DNA of 64,000 nt from NCBI GenBank assembly GCA_963833095.1, contig CAWHWQ010000002.1, forward strand, positions 1 to 64,000, in the 5' to 3' direction. Position numbers and translations under genes: made by a program. Below, one piece after another: positions 7,954 through 21,420 of the stretch. Positions within the stretch are counted from its first letter, which is position 1. Every line of letters starts with the position of its first letter. The notes beneath the pieces are model-generated. The model was not told the origin of the DNA and made no database searches. It saw only the letters and a list, made by a program, of their open reading frames with translations. Source of the stretch: Vulcanimicrobiota bacterium (lineage in GTDB: Bacteria > Vulcanimicrobiota > Vulcanimicrobiia > Vulcanimicrobiales > Vulcanimicrobiaceae).

Positions 7954-10095
7954 CTAGCGTTCAAGATTTTGAACCGAAAGCGCGGACAGAGCGGCATCGG
8001 TGACGAGGGTGGGGCCGATGCCGGCGCCCTTTCCTAATCGCGGATCGTCGAGGCGTAAATAGGCGCGCCATGAGCCGTCGTCGGATTTCTCTACGACGCC
8101 GGTGACCTTCTTGTTGGCACGCAGTTTCTCGATGTTGCGTGCAAGTAACCGCTGGTGTCGCGGAAGCATGCCCAAGGCTAGTAAACTGGCGGGAAGCCAT
8201 CCGGTGGGACGTTGCCGCTCGAGCTCGCACAGGAGCTCGGCGACTTCTTTGGGCAACTTGCAGGCTGGTGGCGGCCCTTCTTCACCGCGCCCTTTGGCAT
8301 TTTCGAAGGCATCGATGGTTCTGCTCGACGCGTCCATCAACACCGAGTCGAACCCGTCATACTCGGATGGGTCCAGCCGAAGGCCGTTCCGGACGTATCT
8401 TTCCAGATATGCCAACTCGTCAACGCTCTGCACTATCGGCATATTGATTATCTGCTTGCGCCGCTCGACGTATTCGATGAACTGCGCCGGCATCGTTAGT
8501 ACGTCAACGATGGTTTCCAGGTCGTCCACGGACACCGTCCACGCTGGCCGAGACGTCCGCTGCAAATATGTGCGAGCCGTATTCACGATGTGCCCCAACT
8601 GTTCAAGGGTCAGCGAGACGAGGTTGAACTTCAAATGTTCGCTGCGCCGGACCTCGACAGTCTCGGCAGCATTCTGGAATCGCGCGACTTGCGTGCTTTC
8701 GACATAGTCCATGGCGCGGTTGGTTTGGCGATGCGCCTTGAGCACCAACTCTTCGAGATCCGCCTGCACGCGGGATTCGACGCCGGCGCGCGCCGCTTCG
8801 GCGAAATCGCCGCTCTTCACTTCGACGAGAAAGACATGACCAGCGAAAACGACGAGGATATCTACGTCGCCTTCGAATCCCGATCCCTTGTACTTCATGT
8901 CGGCATAGACTTGAGCACCGGGCAGCGCCTTCGTGAACAGTTCTACTCCCCGCTTTACGGCGTACGCCGAACGGTGCCGCTGATACGATTCCCATTGCGG
9001 CGCACTTTTCAGCGTGCGTTCGAGCAACGATTGCAAGGAAGGCAGCAAGAGACTAGGACTCGGGAGCGCGTACGATCCTCCAAATTGAACGAGCGGCCTG
9101 TTCTTGAGCGGACTGAAGGCTTGTATCTGCCAGTAGTCGGTGAGTCCTGATCGATCTAGGGAAAACGCTCGGAGAATGCGCTGTACGGTATCGGCGGCCA
9201 AACCGGTTTCGGTGACGAGATCCTCGACGGCCGGAGCGATGGAATGTCCGGTGCGCGTCGATATCCATAGCAAGAGCGAAACTTGGAGATCGAAATCTCC
9301 ATGCGCGCCGTCGAATTGTTCGAAAAGCAGACGATGGCGCTCATCTGAAACGGGTCGGTTTTTTCTGATGTTGTGAAAGTCGCTGATGACCACGGCAACC
9401 TGCTCTTGGCCGGCCATCGCGACATCGCGTATGCGCTCGTCATATGCATCCTCCAGGACAAGAGCTTCGCCGGGAGTGAATCCGAGCGCGTTTCTTATTG
9501 CGTCCGAGAACGGCTGGAACAGCGCGCGCATCAGCGCCTTCTGTTGGTGATCGTAACGCTCGCCACGAACGCCTTGCTCGAATGCAAGAATGCTCGCAAG
9601 CGCGTCGCGAAACTCCAGATCGGGCGGCGTTGAGCCATCTGCAGGTAGTTCGGGAAGCACGTATTGGACTGCCGCCTGCATCTGCGCGTCAAGGGTGTCG
9701 ACGATTTCCTTCGCGGCATCCAGATCTACAACGGGCTCGATACCGTGGTCGCCCTGCTTCGCGAGGAGAAGAGCGAGGTGCTCGATGACCGCGTAGGACT
9801 GGGACATTTCCTTACCGGCAAGCTGCGGCGCGAGATGGTGAAGGTTGAAGACGAACCCAAGAACGGCGAGAGGGTCGAAGGGCTTGCCCAATTCCAAAAT
9901 CCGCTCGGAAGCGCATCGCATCTCACTAGGGACTGAGGCGCGCCAGTCAGCCAGCGCCTGCCGCATAGCCGCGAACTGGCCGGGGTCCGCCTTGTTGCGG
10001 AGACGGATATTCTTCCCTTGCTCGATGGCGATGGGGCCGTAGTTGAGTCGTGCGCGCGACTTGTTGGACTTTTTCTTCTTTCGTTTCTTGCTCAT
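7954..10095 (-). CDS. Large protein with PD-(D/E)XK (NERD-like) nuclease domain
   Basis: 713-aa ORF with GDVDILVVFAGHVFLVEVKS motif, basic N-terminus, and TATAAT at 10134-10129 upstream. Confidence 0.65.
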   Translation of the reverse strand: MSKKRKKKKSNKSRARLNYGPIAIEQGKNIRLRNKADPGQFAAMRQALADWRASVPSEMRCASERILELGKPFDPLAVLGFVFNLHHLAPQLAGKEMSQSYAVIEHLALLLAKQGDHGIEPVVDLDAAKEIVDTLDAQMQAAVQYVLPELPADGSTPPDLEFRDALASILAFEQGVRGERYDHQQKALMRALFQPFSDAIRNALGFTPGEALVLEDAYDERIRDVAMAGQEQVAVVISDFHNIRKNRPVSDERHRLLFEQFDGAHGDFDLQVSLLLWISTRTGHSIAPAVEDLVTETGLAADTVQRILRAFSLDRSGLTDYWQIQAFSPLKNRPLVQFGGSYALPSPSLLLPSLQSLLERTLKSAPQWESYQRHRSAYAVKRGVELFTKALPGAQVYADMKYKGSGFEGDVDILVVFAGHVFLVEVKSGDFAEAARAGVESRVQADLEELVLKAHRQTNRAMDYVESTQVARFQNAAETVEVRRSEHLKFNLVSLTLEQLGHIVNTARTYLQRTSRPAWTVSVDDLETIVDVLTMPAQFIEYVERRKQIINMPIVQSVDELAYLERYVRNGLRLDPSEYDGFDSVLMDASSRTIDAFENAKGRGEEGPPPACKLPKEVAELLCELERQRPTGWLPASLLALGMLPRHQRLLARNIEKLRANKKVTGVVEKSDDGSWRAYLRLDDPRLGKGAGIGPTLVTDAALSALSVQNLER

Positions 10096-10384
10096 CGAGT
10101 AGGGTCACAGCTGAGGACTTGCTTGGCTATTATACCCCACTCGGTTGCTTGCTAACGGATCGCGCGCCGGCCAACAGTCGTCGTAGCTCACCGGCCCGCA
10201 CTTTGTCATCGGTGCCTAGAACCGCCGTTCCCCTCGCGGGACCGCTAAGTAAGGCCCACCGTGCCACGTGCGCTTTTGGTCCGGGCGGCCGCGCGTCGCG
10301 GCAAACCACTTCTGGGTAGGGTAGCCCATTGTGCCACCCCTATGGCACGAATTCTGTTCAAACTGGTGGGATGAGGTGACCCGC

Positions 10385-10693
10385 ATGAAATTCGAAATCA
10401 AGGGCCTTGACCGCCTTCAACGCGAGCTTCGCGAAGCACAGGAAGCGCTAAAAGCACTAGATGGGCGGCTCGGCAGCATCAATTTCAATCCGCACGACCC
10501 TGACAGCGTCGGCGCGGCAATCTCCGAGGTCGGCACCATGATCGACGAGCGCGTTGCGCCCTGGCAGAGTAACGCACTCGTTCAGCGACTAGCGGCCGGC
10601 CTCAAAGAGCGCTACGCCGCCGGAATACGCGACCGCGCTCGGAAGGCACTCGAAGGCAGTCAGTGCGACGTGTCGCCGATCGGGGAGAAGTGA
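10385..10693 (+). CDS. Small helical hypothetical protein
   Basis: ATG behind GAGGTG; MKFEIKGLDRLQRELREAQEALKALDG..FNPHDPDS; first gene of a tightly packed + strand trio. Confidence 0.7.
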   Translation: MKFEIKGLDRLQRELREAQEALKALDGRLGSINFNPHDPDSVGAAISEVGTMIDERVAPWQSNALVQRLAAGLKERYAAGIRDRARKALEGSQCDVSPIGEK

Positions 10694-10697
10694 TGTT

Positions 10698-11431
10698 ATG
10701 TCACGATTCGTGCGCCTAGAGATCCACGATCCTTTCGTCACGCTCGCAACGACGCTTAGACGCTTACGGCCGGCAATCGAACGCGCCTACTACGCGGCGT
10801 TCGCTGCGTCGGATGCTGCGAACGCGGCACTCAAAGAATATCAGTGGGCAACCTTCGACGACTCGATGGTCCACGACCTCATCGGTGAGATGCTTCCGCG
10901 AATGGAACGAAGCGATGTCGATCCGGAGGTGCTCTACGCAGGTGCTATCGCTGAGGATAGCCATTGCGATATGCAGTCCACTATTGTCGTCCTGTTTGCC
11001 GACGACCTTCTGCAACGATTCGCATCGAAGGTGCTGGGGAAGAAGATCGGCCTCCACGGCTATGGCCCCCTTTACCGCGGCGTTCACTTGACATCGTTGC
11101 TGCGGGCCACGACGAACTGTGTCCGGCACGTCTCCGAGTGGAAGACTACCCATTCCCATACCGCGAGTTGAAAGATGCCGAGAGCAACGACGAGCGCAAA
11201 GCCATTCAAAGTATTCTTGTGCTGCAGCAAGCATACGGTCTCGGTAAACACGAGCGCGTTCGCGACTTCGTTTCATGGCATACGGCGTCACCATCGATGG
11301 CCTATACGGCACGCATCCGCCGGACTACCAACGCTTCGAGGACGCGCTCCTTGAAGGCGCTAGGGACATCGCGATCACAGCTGGACCGGAGGCAGAGGAG
11401 AGCCTGGCAAGAGTCCTCACGGCGAACCTAA
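10698..11431 (+). CDS. Hypothetical protein, possibly HEPN-like (apparent indels)
   Basis: ORF 10698-11171 continues in another frame to about 11431; contains LLRATTNCVRHVSEW. Confidence 0.5.
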
Positions 11432-11452
11432 CGCTGTGACGAACTAAGGACG

Positions 11453-12650
11453 ATGGCTAGCGACGCGCCTGAACTCGGTGCGGTGATCGACGCGCTGCGG
11501 CGACGCCGTAGCACGTGTATATACTGCGATCGCCCACCTGCGACGTGGGAACACATCGTGCCCGAAGCCGTCGGCGGTAAGCTCACGGCCTTCGTGCTAT
11601 GCGAGGTGCATCGACTGATCGAAGCTGATCACCGTTTCGCCGAGCGTTTTGCGCCGATGACGCATCTCTTGCAGGTGCAGCGCCAAGATGGTCGCGTTGG
11701 TGCGGCGATGATGCTCGAGAAGGCTGATGGCTCGGGCGGGCGCGGCTATTCGACGACGGGACTAATGGAGATCCCCACCGATGTGATCAAGGACGACGAA
11801 GGACGTTTCGTGCGCGTCATCGACGAGATTACGCGCGTTCCCGAAGATCCGCAAGCAGATCGCCGGGCAATCGGCCCGACCACGTGGAGCCTGCGGCGAT
11901 TTCCACTCGTGCCGGAAACGCCCGAACCTCGTGGCGGATTATGGGTTCGGCCCTCAAACGTGGCCCAGCATCGTGAAGATAGCGCTGCACTTTGTGGCGA
12001 GCTTCGAAACGGGCGACGAGCCGCCGCGCGAACTCGTCGATCGACTCCAAGCGAATCATTTACGGGCAACCATCCGTCCCGGACTGCGTTACCGTTACGG
12101 CGATCGAGGGACCATACTTTACGGCGGGGCTCGACAGTGCGCACGAGGTCGCATGCTTTGAGGGGGACGGTTACGCGTCGGTCGCGATTTCGCTTTTCGG
12201 CGTCTTTCGTTGCCTGGTACGCCTTGACGGCGTTCGATGTGCGCGAACACTACGCTACGTGCAACGCCTCGCGGGCGAAGCCACCGGCGCTAACGTCGGA
12301 GGATCTCGTTTACCTCCCGTGGCGACAGGCGAACGACGAGGAACAAGCGCAGTGGCTCGAGGGAGTCAGAGAACGGGTTACGGCGCTCATTGACCGTCGG
12401 ATCAACGTCTATTACGACAAGAAGGTGCGCGAAGCGCTCCCGAAAGCCTACGGGGAGTTTTCGCGGCACGCATTCGACCATAAGAGTCCGATCGAGGGCA
12501 TCTCGGTGTACCTGCGCGCGGAGCATCGAGCAGACGATTCCTAACCATGACGATCTGGAGATTGTTCTGCGCGAGGCGCTTGCAAAGCCGGACCTGCTCG
12601 ACAAGATCCTCAAAGATTCTGTGATCGTTGGGCGCGCAAAATTAAAATGA
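11453..12650 (+). CDS. HNH endonuclease domain protein (apparent indels)
   Basis: CIYC..TWEHIVPEAVGG..LCEVH N-terminal HNH-type motif; frames join through to the stop at 12650. Confidence 0.65.
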
Positions 12651-13874
12651 CGGCTTCTCGTGTCCGGGCCGCGGACCGAGCGGCCATTCGCCGGACTCAT
12701 CCGATTTCTGCTCGCGTAGGGCGTCCATCTCGTCCACCATCTTCTGTAGCTCCGGACCGATTTCGTCTTCAACTTCATCGAACGGGCGGCGATTCGCGGA
12801 TCGGCAATAAATTGGTCGCGAGGCACGTATCCGCGTGCCCATACGTCATTGATCGGCGAACCCGGCAGTTCGATTGGGTCTTGGCATACGCGTCGTAGTG
12901 CCGTTGCTTCTCTTCTTCGCTACGCCTCTCGGAGTCAGACCGCCACGCAACGCGAGTGCGAGATCTGCTTGCAATGCGTTTCCGGTCATAAACACGGAAT
13001 TCGACGTCACCGCTGGCCAAAGCCGTTGGTGGAGGATGTCGTTTGAAGCGAAACCGTGGCCGAACGGCACGTAGAAGAGGTATTGCAGATCGATCAGATT
13101 CGTCTCGCGCTGTGGGATGAGCTTCGCCCAGCGATGCGGCCACGAACGCAAGGAAAATGCGCGCGATGCTCGCCGCATAGGGCGCGTAGCGGGGAAACGT
13201 GACGCCGCGCCCGACGGCGTGCGCAATCGTGATCATTACGATCTCCGGCGGCACGATGCGAAGAAGGGCAAACAGCGCCGCTAAGAGAGCCGACAGCCGC
13301 TCCAGGTCGCGACTGCCGAGCAGCTCGTCGGTGCGTGCGATCGCCTCGTCGATGCTGCGCACGCGCCCGATGAATCTCTTCGTGAAGGCCACCCAGCCGG
13401 CGTTAAACCGCTCAATGTCGATTATGTCGATCTCGTCGCGCCATAGCTGCGCTTTCTCTGGTCTGAGACAGAAAACTCACCATTGGACCAGCGCTGCCGC
13501 CACAACTTCTGCTCAAGGGTTCCATCGTAGACAAGTTTACGGCCGTCGGGCGACGAGAAGACGTTTCGGGCGCCCATGTCAACCGGAATCTGCCCGTTCA
13601 TCGGAACGTGCTTCCCGAAAAGGCTCTCAAGCACGAGCTTGCGGTACGTTATTGGCGTCGTGAGGTGCATGCGACCCATGCGTCGAGCGAGGTCTCGTAC
13701 GCGTTGCTCGGCCGTGGATCGTTGCGAGCGCTTGGGCTTACTGTAGAGGTCGGCGATGATCTCCCGCGTGAGAGTTGGCACGCAGATCACATCAAAGGCG
13801 TGGCCCATCTCTTCAAGCTCCTCATGCGTGAGCGTTTGAATGACGGACTTATCGAAGACGACTGCGGGAAACAC
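12642..13874 (-). CDS. PIN-like domain protein (apparent indels)
   Basis: VVFDKSVIQ, TREIIADL, NLIDLQYLFYVPF and FASNDILH supply a PIN-like D/E/D/D set across joined frames. Confidence 0.5.
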
Positions 13875-13885
13875 TATCTAGTGGG

Positions 13886-15080
13886 TCATGTGGAGCGCTT
13901 TGATAACGGCCGGATAACATTGTCAACGTATTGCCGTGGGTCCGGCTTGCGAAAATAGTCCGGAACGTACGGCTCAGCGAGACCGACCAATTCGCTCGCG
14001 GCGAGGCCGAGGGCAGCACCAACAGCGGCTCCAGGCGCGCCACTAGCCGTATGGCCGATGAAGCCGCCTGCAGCAGCCGCTAGGGTACTCGCTCCCTCGC
14101 CCAGAGCGTCGAATATCGCGATGCGGGCTCGGCGATACCACGCGCCGTCATTTGGGTCTAGACCCTTGTCTAATGCGTTCACGAACTCCGCGCCGAGGGC
14201 CGGCCCATTCGTTGGATCGTCGTTCGCCCGCCATAGCCATTTCTGGAAAGCTCTTGTTGCAGGGTGCTTCCGGATTTCAATGCAAGTTGACTGGAGCGAC
14301 GACGTTCCTAAGGAGCAGCGTGCGCATCGACGGAACGCTGCCCTCAGCGTAGACAGATTCCGCTGCTACCGTAGCGGCAGCGCTCCGCGCAATATCGGCG
14401 GCGATTCTCTCTACAGCTTGCCAGGTTCCGTCCGTTTCGAAGATGTCGTATTCATTTTTTAGTACTACCGACGTCGCATAAAGATCACGTGCGGCTTGGC
14501 GAGCAGCATTGGTAACCCGAGTGTCGGTTGCGTTGATAAACGCGTCTTTGCCGGGGACGCGATCACCAAAGACGCCCCGGTCGGCGAACTGCATCGCAAC
14601 ATCGACAGCTTCTTCCGCACCCAATGCGTCGGTCGCCGTCGTTCGTTTAATGAATGCATCGATCAACTGCGCCTTCAATCCCTTATCCATACCCGGAAAG
14701 CAAATGGTGAGATCACGATCGGCGAGCGATCCCGGATCGCGCTGCGCGTTCACGGGGTCCGGCATTCCAAAAACGACGCTGCCTAATGAGCCAACGTCCG
14801 CGGTCCACACAACAAACTCCAGACCGCCGTCTTCGAGCAGTTGAAGTAGAGCCGGCGGCTGAAAGTAATCCAAAAGAATGGGAAGTATGAACGCCCGCCC
14901 GCTTGCCTTTACAGCGACTCTGGGTGAAATAACCAAGGCTTCCCCTAGAGCGGCAAGCTCTGGGAGATATTGGGGCCGCAGTTCTGAATATTCGATGCGA
15001 TTTGCGCGACCGATGAGACGTTCACTAAGATCGTCGAGGCCCGCAGTGTAAATGACGTCAGGTAGCGTTCGTTGCGCCAT
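13886..15080 (-). CDS. Hypothetical protein with C-terminal glycine-zipper hydrophobic hairpin (frameshift near 14280)
   Basis: ORFs 14277-15098 and 13886-14182 joined; ends AAAAGGFIGHTASGAPGAAVGAALGLAASELVG. Confidence 0.6.
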
Positions 15081-15086
15081 GCGCAT

Positions 15087-15115
15087 ATTATAGATCAATC
15101 TAAACGGCGAGGCAA
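15087..15115 (-). promoter_or_regulatory. sigma70 promoter, likely leaderless
   Basis: TTGCCT (15115-15110), 17-nt spacer, TATAAT (15092-15087), ATG at 15080. Confidence 0.7.
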
Positions 15116-15133
15116 AAAAGTTCGACGAACGGT

Positions 15134-15823
15134 TTACCCTCCACTTGTTCTCTCGTAGCGCCGGGCAAGCTCGACTGTTAGATCACGTAGGCGACGGCGG
15201 GGAAAGAACGGTGACTCTCCGGAAAGATCCATCTCCGCCAAAATGACAAGAGCCTCCGTTTCCTCGTCGAGACCGTGAACTCTTAGCCCTTGCGTAACGT
15301 CGGTGAGGATACTCATCACACGCGCCGACGCTTCGGCGCTCGCTGGGGCCTTCCGAATCAGTTCCGCCTTTGCCGTCATGCCAGCGAATGCTTTACGAAG
15401 AAGCTCAACGATGTGCGGGTTCGGATCATACGGCGGAGATCTCCACTTCTCCGTCTCAAGCCCGTACGCTTCGCTGATCGCAAGCGCCGCTGCGGCGGAT
15501 CGCCCAATGCCTTGTACGCAATTAATAAATAGCGTGTCGATTGCAGGCGCGACTCGGCGCACAAACCGTAGAATCCGATCAGCCTGTGAAGACGTCATCG
15601 GCGCAAAATATTGATCGACGCGCGAGACAACAGCATCACCTTCATCTTCAGGTATAGCATCATCAGCTCGGATGATGATCCGGCCCAAGTACGTCGGCCG
15701 ATGTTGCAATTTCGGCGCAGCCTTCTTCCACCGCGTGCCGACGAAGGAAATCACGGCAAACGGACGATCCGAGACGAATTCGCTTGCCGCAGCCCTGTCG
15801 CCGACGATAATCTGGCACAACAT
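15134..15823 (-). CDS. Protein-tyrosine/dual-specificity phosphatase-like protein
   Basis: INCVQGIGRSAA (CX5R) motif, acidic loop ADD, and PNP motif; extra C-terminal helical region. Confidence 0.75.
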   Translation of the reverse strand: MLCQIIVGDRAAASEFVSDRPFAVISFVGTRWKKAAPKLQHRPTYLGRIIIRADDAIPEDEGDAVVSRVDQYFAPMTSSQADRILRFVRRVAPAIDTLFINCVQGIGRSAAAALAISEAYGLETEKWRSPPYDPNPHIVELLRKAFAGMTAKAELIRKAPASAEASARVMSILTDVTQGLRVHGLDEETEALVILAEMDLSGESPFFPRRRLRDLTVELARRYERTSGG

Positions 15824-15930
15824 CTTATTCGGCCACCGTCTTCACTCGATTTACACCCAGACGGTATCACTCCTTGCCAGTGCCCGGAGCCTCCGACCCA
15901 AACAAATCGACGTTACAGAACCTTTCTGAC

Positions 15931-16004
15931 TGGCTGGGGCCGCAGTGTATCAGAAAACGCGGAGACGTATTTTAAATACGGTACTGGCCAATGTATTAAA
16001 TACA
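15931..16004. repeat. Probable island boundary: tRNA-3'-like 15-mer plus AT-rich palindromes
   Basis: Minus strand CTGCGGCCCCAGCCA (15931-15945); palindromes CGTATTT-T-AAATACG (15966-15980) and TGTATT-A-AATACA (15992-16004). Confidence 0.45.
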
Positions 16005-16044
16005 CCGTCCCCGGCGGACCCCCGCTTGTTCGCTGCGCCCCGCG

Positions 16045-19000
<2,956 letters not shown>

Positions 19001-19038
19001 AGCAGGCCCCGAATACGTCGCAAGCGCACGCTCCACCT

Positions 19039-19818
19039 ATGGAGCCGGCCGAACATCCGTACCAAGGCGTGCAGCGTGAACTGCGCGGCACTGCGTTCGC
19101 ATCGATCCGCTACGAACGCACGACCGCAAGCACCAACGATGATGCCGCCGCACTCCTTGGCGATCCGGCCGTTGCGGGCATGACCATTGTCGCCGAAGAG
19201 CAGACCAAAGGGATGGGACGCAGAGGCCGGTCCTGGACCGCATCGCCGGGCAGCTCGCTCCTTTTGACCACACTCCCGCCCGGACCCATGGCCGCAGCGA
19301 GCCTCTGGATCGTGCCGTTCGGGGTTGCGATCTGCGTGCGCCGCGCACTTCGCACGAACGCCGTTCGCAGCGAGCTTCATTGGCCCAACGATCTCCTCAC
19401 CGGCGGAAAAAAAATCGCCGGCATTCTGTGTGTCTCACGCGTCGTCGGCGACCGCGCATGGGTTGCCGCCGGCGTCGGCATCAACGTGCATCGCCCGCCG
19501 GGTGCCGACGAAGCAATCTCGCCCCCGCCCGCTTTCTGCGATGACGTCAATCCGGCGATCACCCGCGCCGCGTTGTTGCGCGATCTTCTTCTCAACTACG
19601 ACCTGTGGCGCGACATGCTCGAGATGCCGCAACGCATCGCGCGTCTGTGGGAGCGGATGGCCGGCCTCCCCAAGCGCTATCGCATCCTAAAGGATAGCGC
19701 CACGGAACCGATCGACGTCACCGCGATCGGTCTCGCTAACGGCGGCGGCTTGGTTGTGCGGCACGACGATGGCCGAAAGGAAACGATTGCGCTCGCCGAT
19801 GCGCGAGCGCTCCGCTAA
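19039..19818 (+). CDS. birA: Biotin--protein ligase (no N-terminal HTH)
   Basis: STND, AEEQTKGMGRRGRSW, WPNDL, KIAGIL, GVGIN. Confidence 0.93.
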   Translation: MEPAEHPYQGVQRELRGTAFASIRYERTTASTNDDAAALLGDPAVAGMTIVAEEQTKGMGRRGRSWTASPGSSLLLTTLPPGPMAAASLWIVPFGVAICVRRALRTNAVRSELHWPNDLLTGGKKIAGILCVSRVVGDRAWVAAGVGINVHRPPGADEAISPPPAFCDDVNPAITRAALLRDLLLNYDLWRDMLEMPQRIARLWERMAGLPKRYRILKDSATEPIDVTAIGLANGGGLVVRHDDGRKETIALADARALR

Positions 19819-19841
19819 CCCTTCGACAGGCTCAGGGTGAC
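19819..19841. repeat. Single REP-like unit between convergent genes
   Basis: CCCTTCGACAGGCTCAGGGTGAC shares TCGAC..GCTC.GG.TGAC with the arm at 61991-62026. Confidence 0.55.
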
Positions 19842-19845
19842 GGGG

Positions 19846-21366
19846 CTATTGCCCCATGGTCGCGTCGAAGAACCTATCGAGGTCGCCGTGGAATTTTTCG
19901 AGCGACGGAACGTGCAGATAGACCATGTGCCCGGATTCGTAGTAGCCGAAATGAACGTGCTCGCGCAGCGCTTGGGGCAATTCCAGATGCGAGAACGTCC
20001 ATTCGGCCGCGCCGAACGGCGTCGCCATATCGAAGTAGCCGGCGCCGACGAATACGCGCAGATGTGGATTTTGGATCATCGCCTGCTGGAGGTCGTTGCT
20101 CGTCGTCGGAGCGATCCACGGGAACGTTCCTTTGCGCGTGAAGTCCCAGAGCCCGAAGATATCGCCGGTGCATTCGTTGTACGTTTCCTCGCTCTTCCAG
20201 CCCAGATCGTTGCGCACGTAGCTGAGGAAACTGGCTTGAAAGCCGGGATCCGTTGCAGCATCGGCGGGATCATAGTCGGCCGAGTCGCCGAGCGGATCGA
20301 GATCGTAGCCGGTATAGCGGGCGTCGAGCCGCCCGGTCGACTGACCGGATTCGATCAGCAACTCTTTCTCAAAGCGCTGCGGCAACACGCGCAGGTCGGC
20401 TTTCTCGATGTACGCAGCGTTCAGCCCGATCAGGTGCGACAATTGGGTGGCAATCTGCACGAACTGCTGGTGCGAAAGCCGATCACCCTGTACCAGAGCG
20501 GTCGCGTACGCGCCGTTGGCAAACGCACGCGCTTCGCTCACGACGCTTTGCAGCGAGCCTTTGTTCGGCGAGTTCGAGTGATACCAATTGACCGCGGCTT
20601 CGGTCGGCAGGTACGTAACGTATGCGAGGTCGTTGCCCGGCCCCGGTGCGATCGTATCGAAGTCCAGCACCGACGAGAGCAAAATCACGCCGTTGAACGC
20701 CATCGAATCGTTGCTCTGCAGGTAGTTCACCAGCACGGCTGAGCGCGGCGTTCCGTAACTCTCACCGAGTAAGAATTTCGGCGAGTTCCAACGATCGTTG
20801 CGCGTGACGTATTGATAGATGAAGGCGCCAAAGGCGGCCGCGTCCTGATCGATGCCGTAGACGGTCTTGGGGTCGACCTTCGGCAACAGGCGGCTGTAGC
20901 CGGTACCGGGCGCGTCGATGAACACGAGGTCGGACTTGTCGAGCAAACTGTAGTCGTTGTTGACGAGCTGGTACGGCGGCCCAACGTTGTGCCCGGCGTT
21001 CGGGAACACCACCCGTCGCGGCCCGAGTGCGCCCATGTCGAGCGGGACGCTCGCGCAGCCGGGTCCGCCGTTATAGAGGAACGTGACCGGCCGGTGCACG
21101 GGGTCGGCGCCGTCTTGCGTGTACGCGATGTAAAAGATGCGAGCCTCGGGTGCGCCCTTATCCGATTTGATCTCGATCGTCCCTGCTGTCGCCGTGTAGG
21201 CGATCGTCTTGCCGCCGACGGTCACCTCGTGGTGCGTCGACACGCTGTCGGCTGCAGCGGGATGTTCGGGTGGGGCCGGTGCTTTGGGAGCGTCGGCCGC
21301 CTGGGCGATCGACGTTACGGTAAAGAGCGCGCAGAGCAGCGCGGAAGCAAAAACTCGCATGTGCAT
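19846..21366 (-). CDS. Secreted S10 serine carboxypeptidase
   Basis: Signal peptide, NGGPG, FIDAPGTGYS, GESYG, GHMVY. Confidence 0.93.
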   Translation of the reverse strand: MHMRVFASALLCALFTVTSIAQAADAPKAPAPPEHPAAADSVSTHHEVTVGGKTIAYTATAGTIEIKSDKGAPEARIFYIAYTQDGADPVHRPVTFLYNGGPGCASVPLDMGALGPRRVVFPNAGHNVGPPYQLVNNDYSLLDKSDLVFIDAPGTGYSRLLPKVDPKTVYGIDQDAAAFGAFIYQYVTRNDRWNSPKFLLGESYGTPRSAVLVNYLQSNDSMAFNGVILLSSVLDFDTIAPGPGNDLAYVTYLPTEAAVNWYHSNSPNKGSLQSVVSEARAFANGAYATALVQGDRLSHQQFVQIATQLSHLIGLNAAYIEKADLRVLPQRFEKELLIESGQSTGRLDARYTGYDLDPLGDSADYDPADAATDPGFQASFLSYVRNDLGWKSEETYNECTGDIFGLWDFTRKGTFPWIAPTTSNDLQQAMIQNPHLRVFVGAGYFDMATPFGAAEWTFSHLELPQALREHVHFGYYESGHMVYLHVPSLEKFHGDLDRFFDATMGQ

Positions 21367-21420
21367 ACGCGATGCATTGCGCCTTCTAGTGCAACGCCCT
21401 TCTTAGAAACGATCAAAAAT

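Noticed and set aside
15931..16044. Complete tRNA gene
   Set aside because: Only a 3'-end-like 15-mer; no T-loop GTTCRA or cloverleaf upstream.
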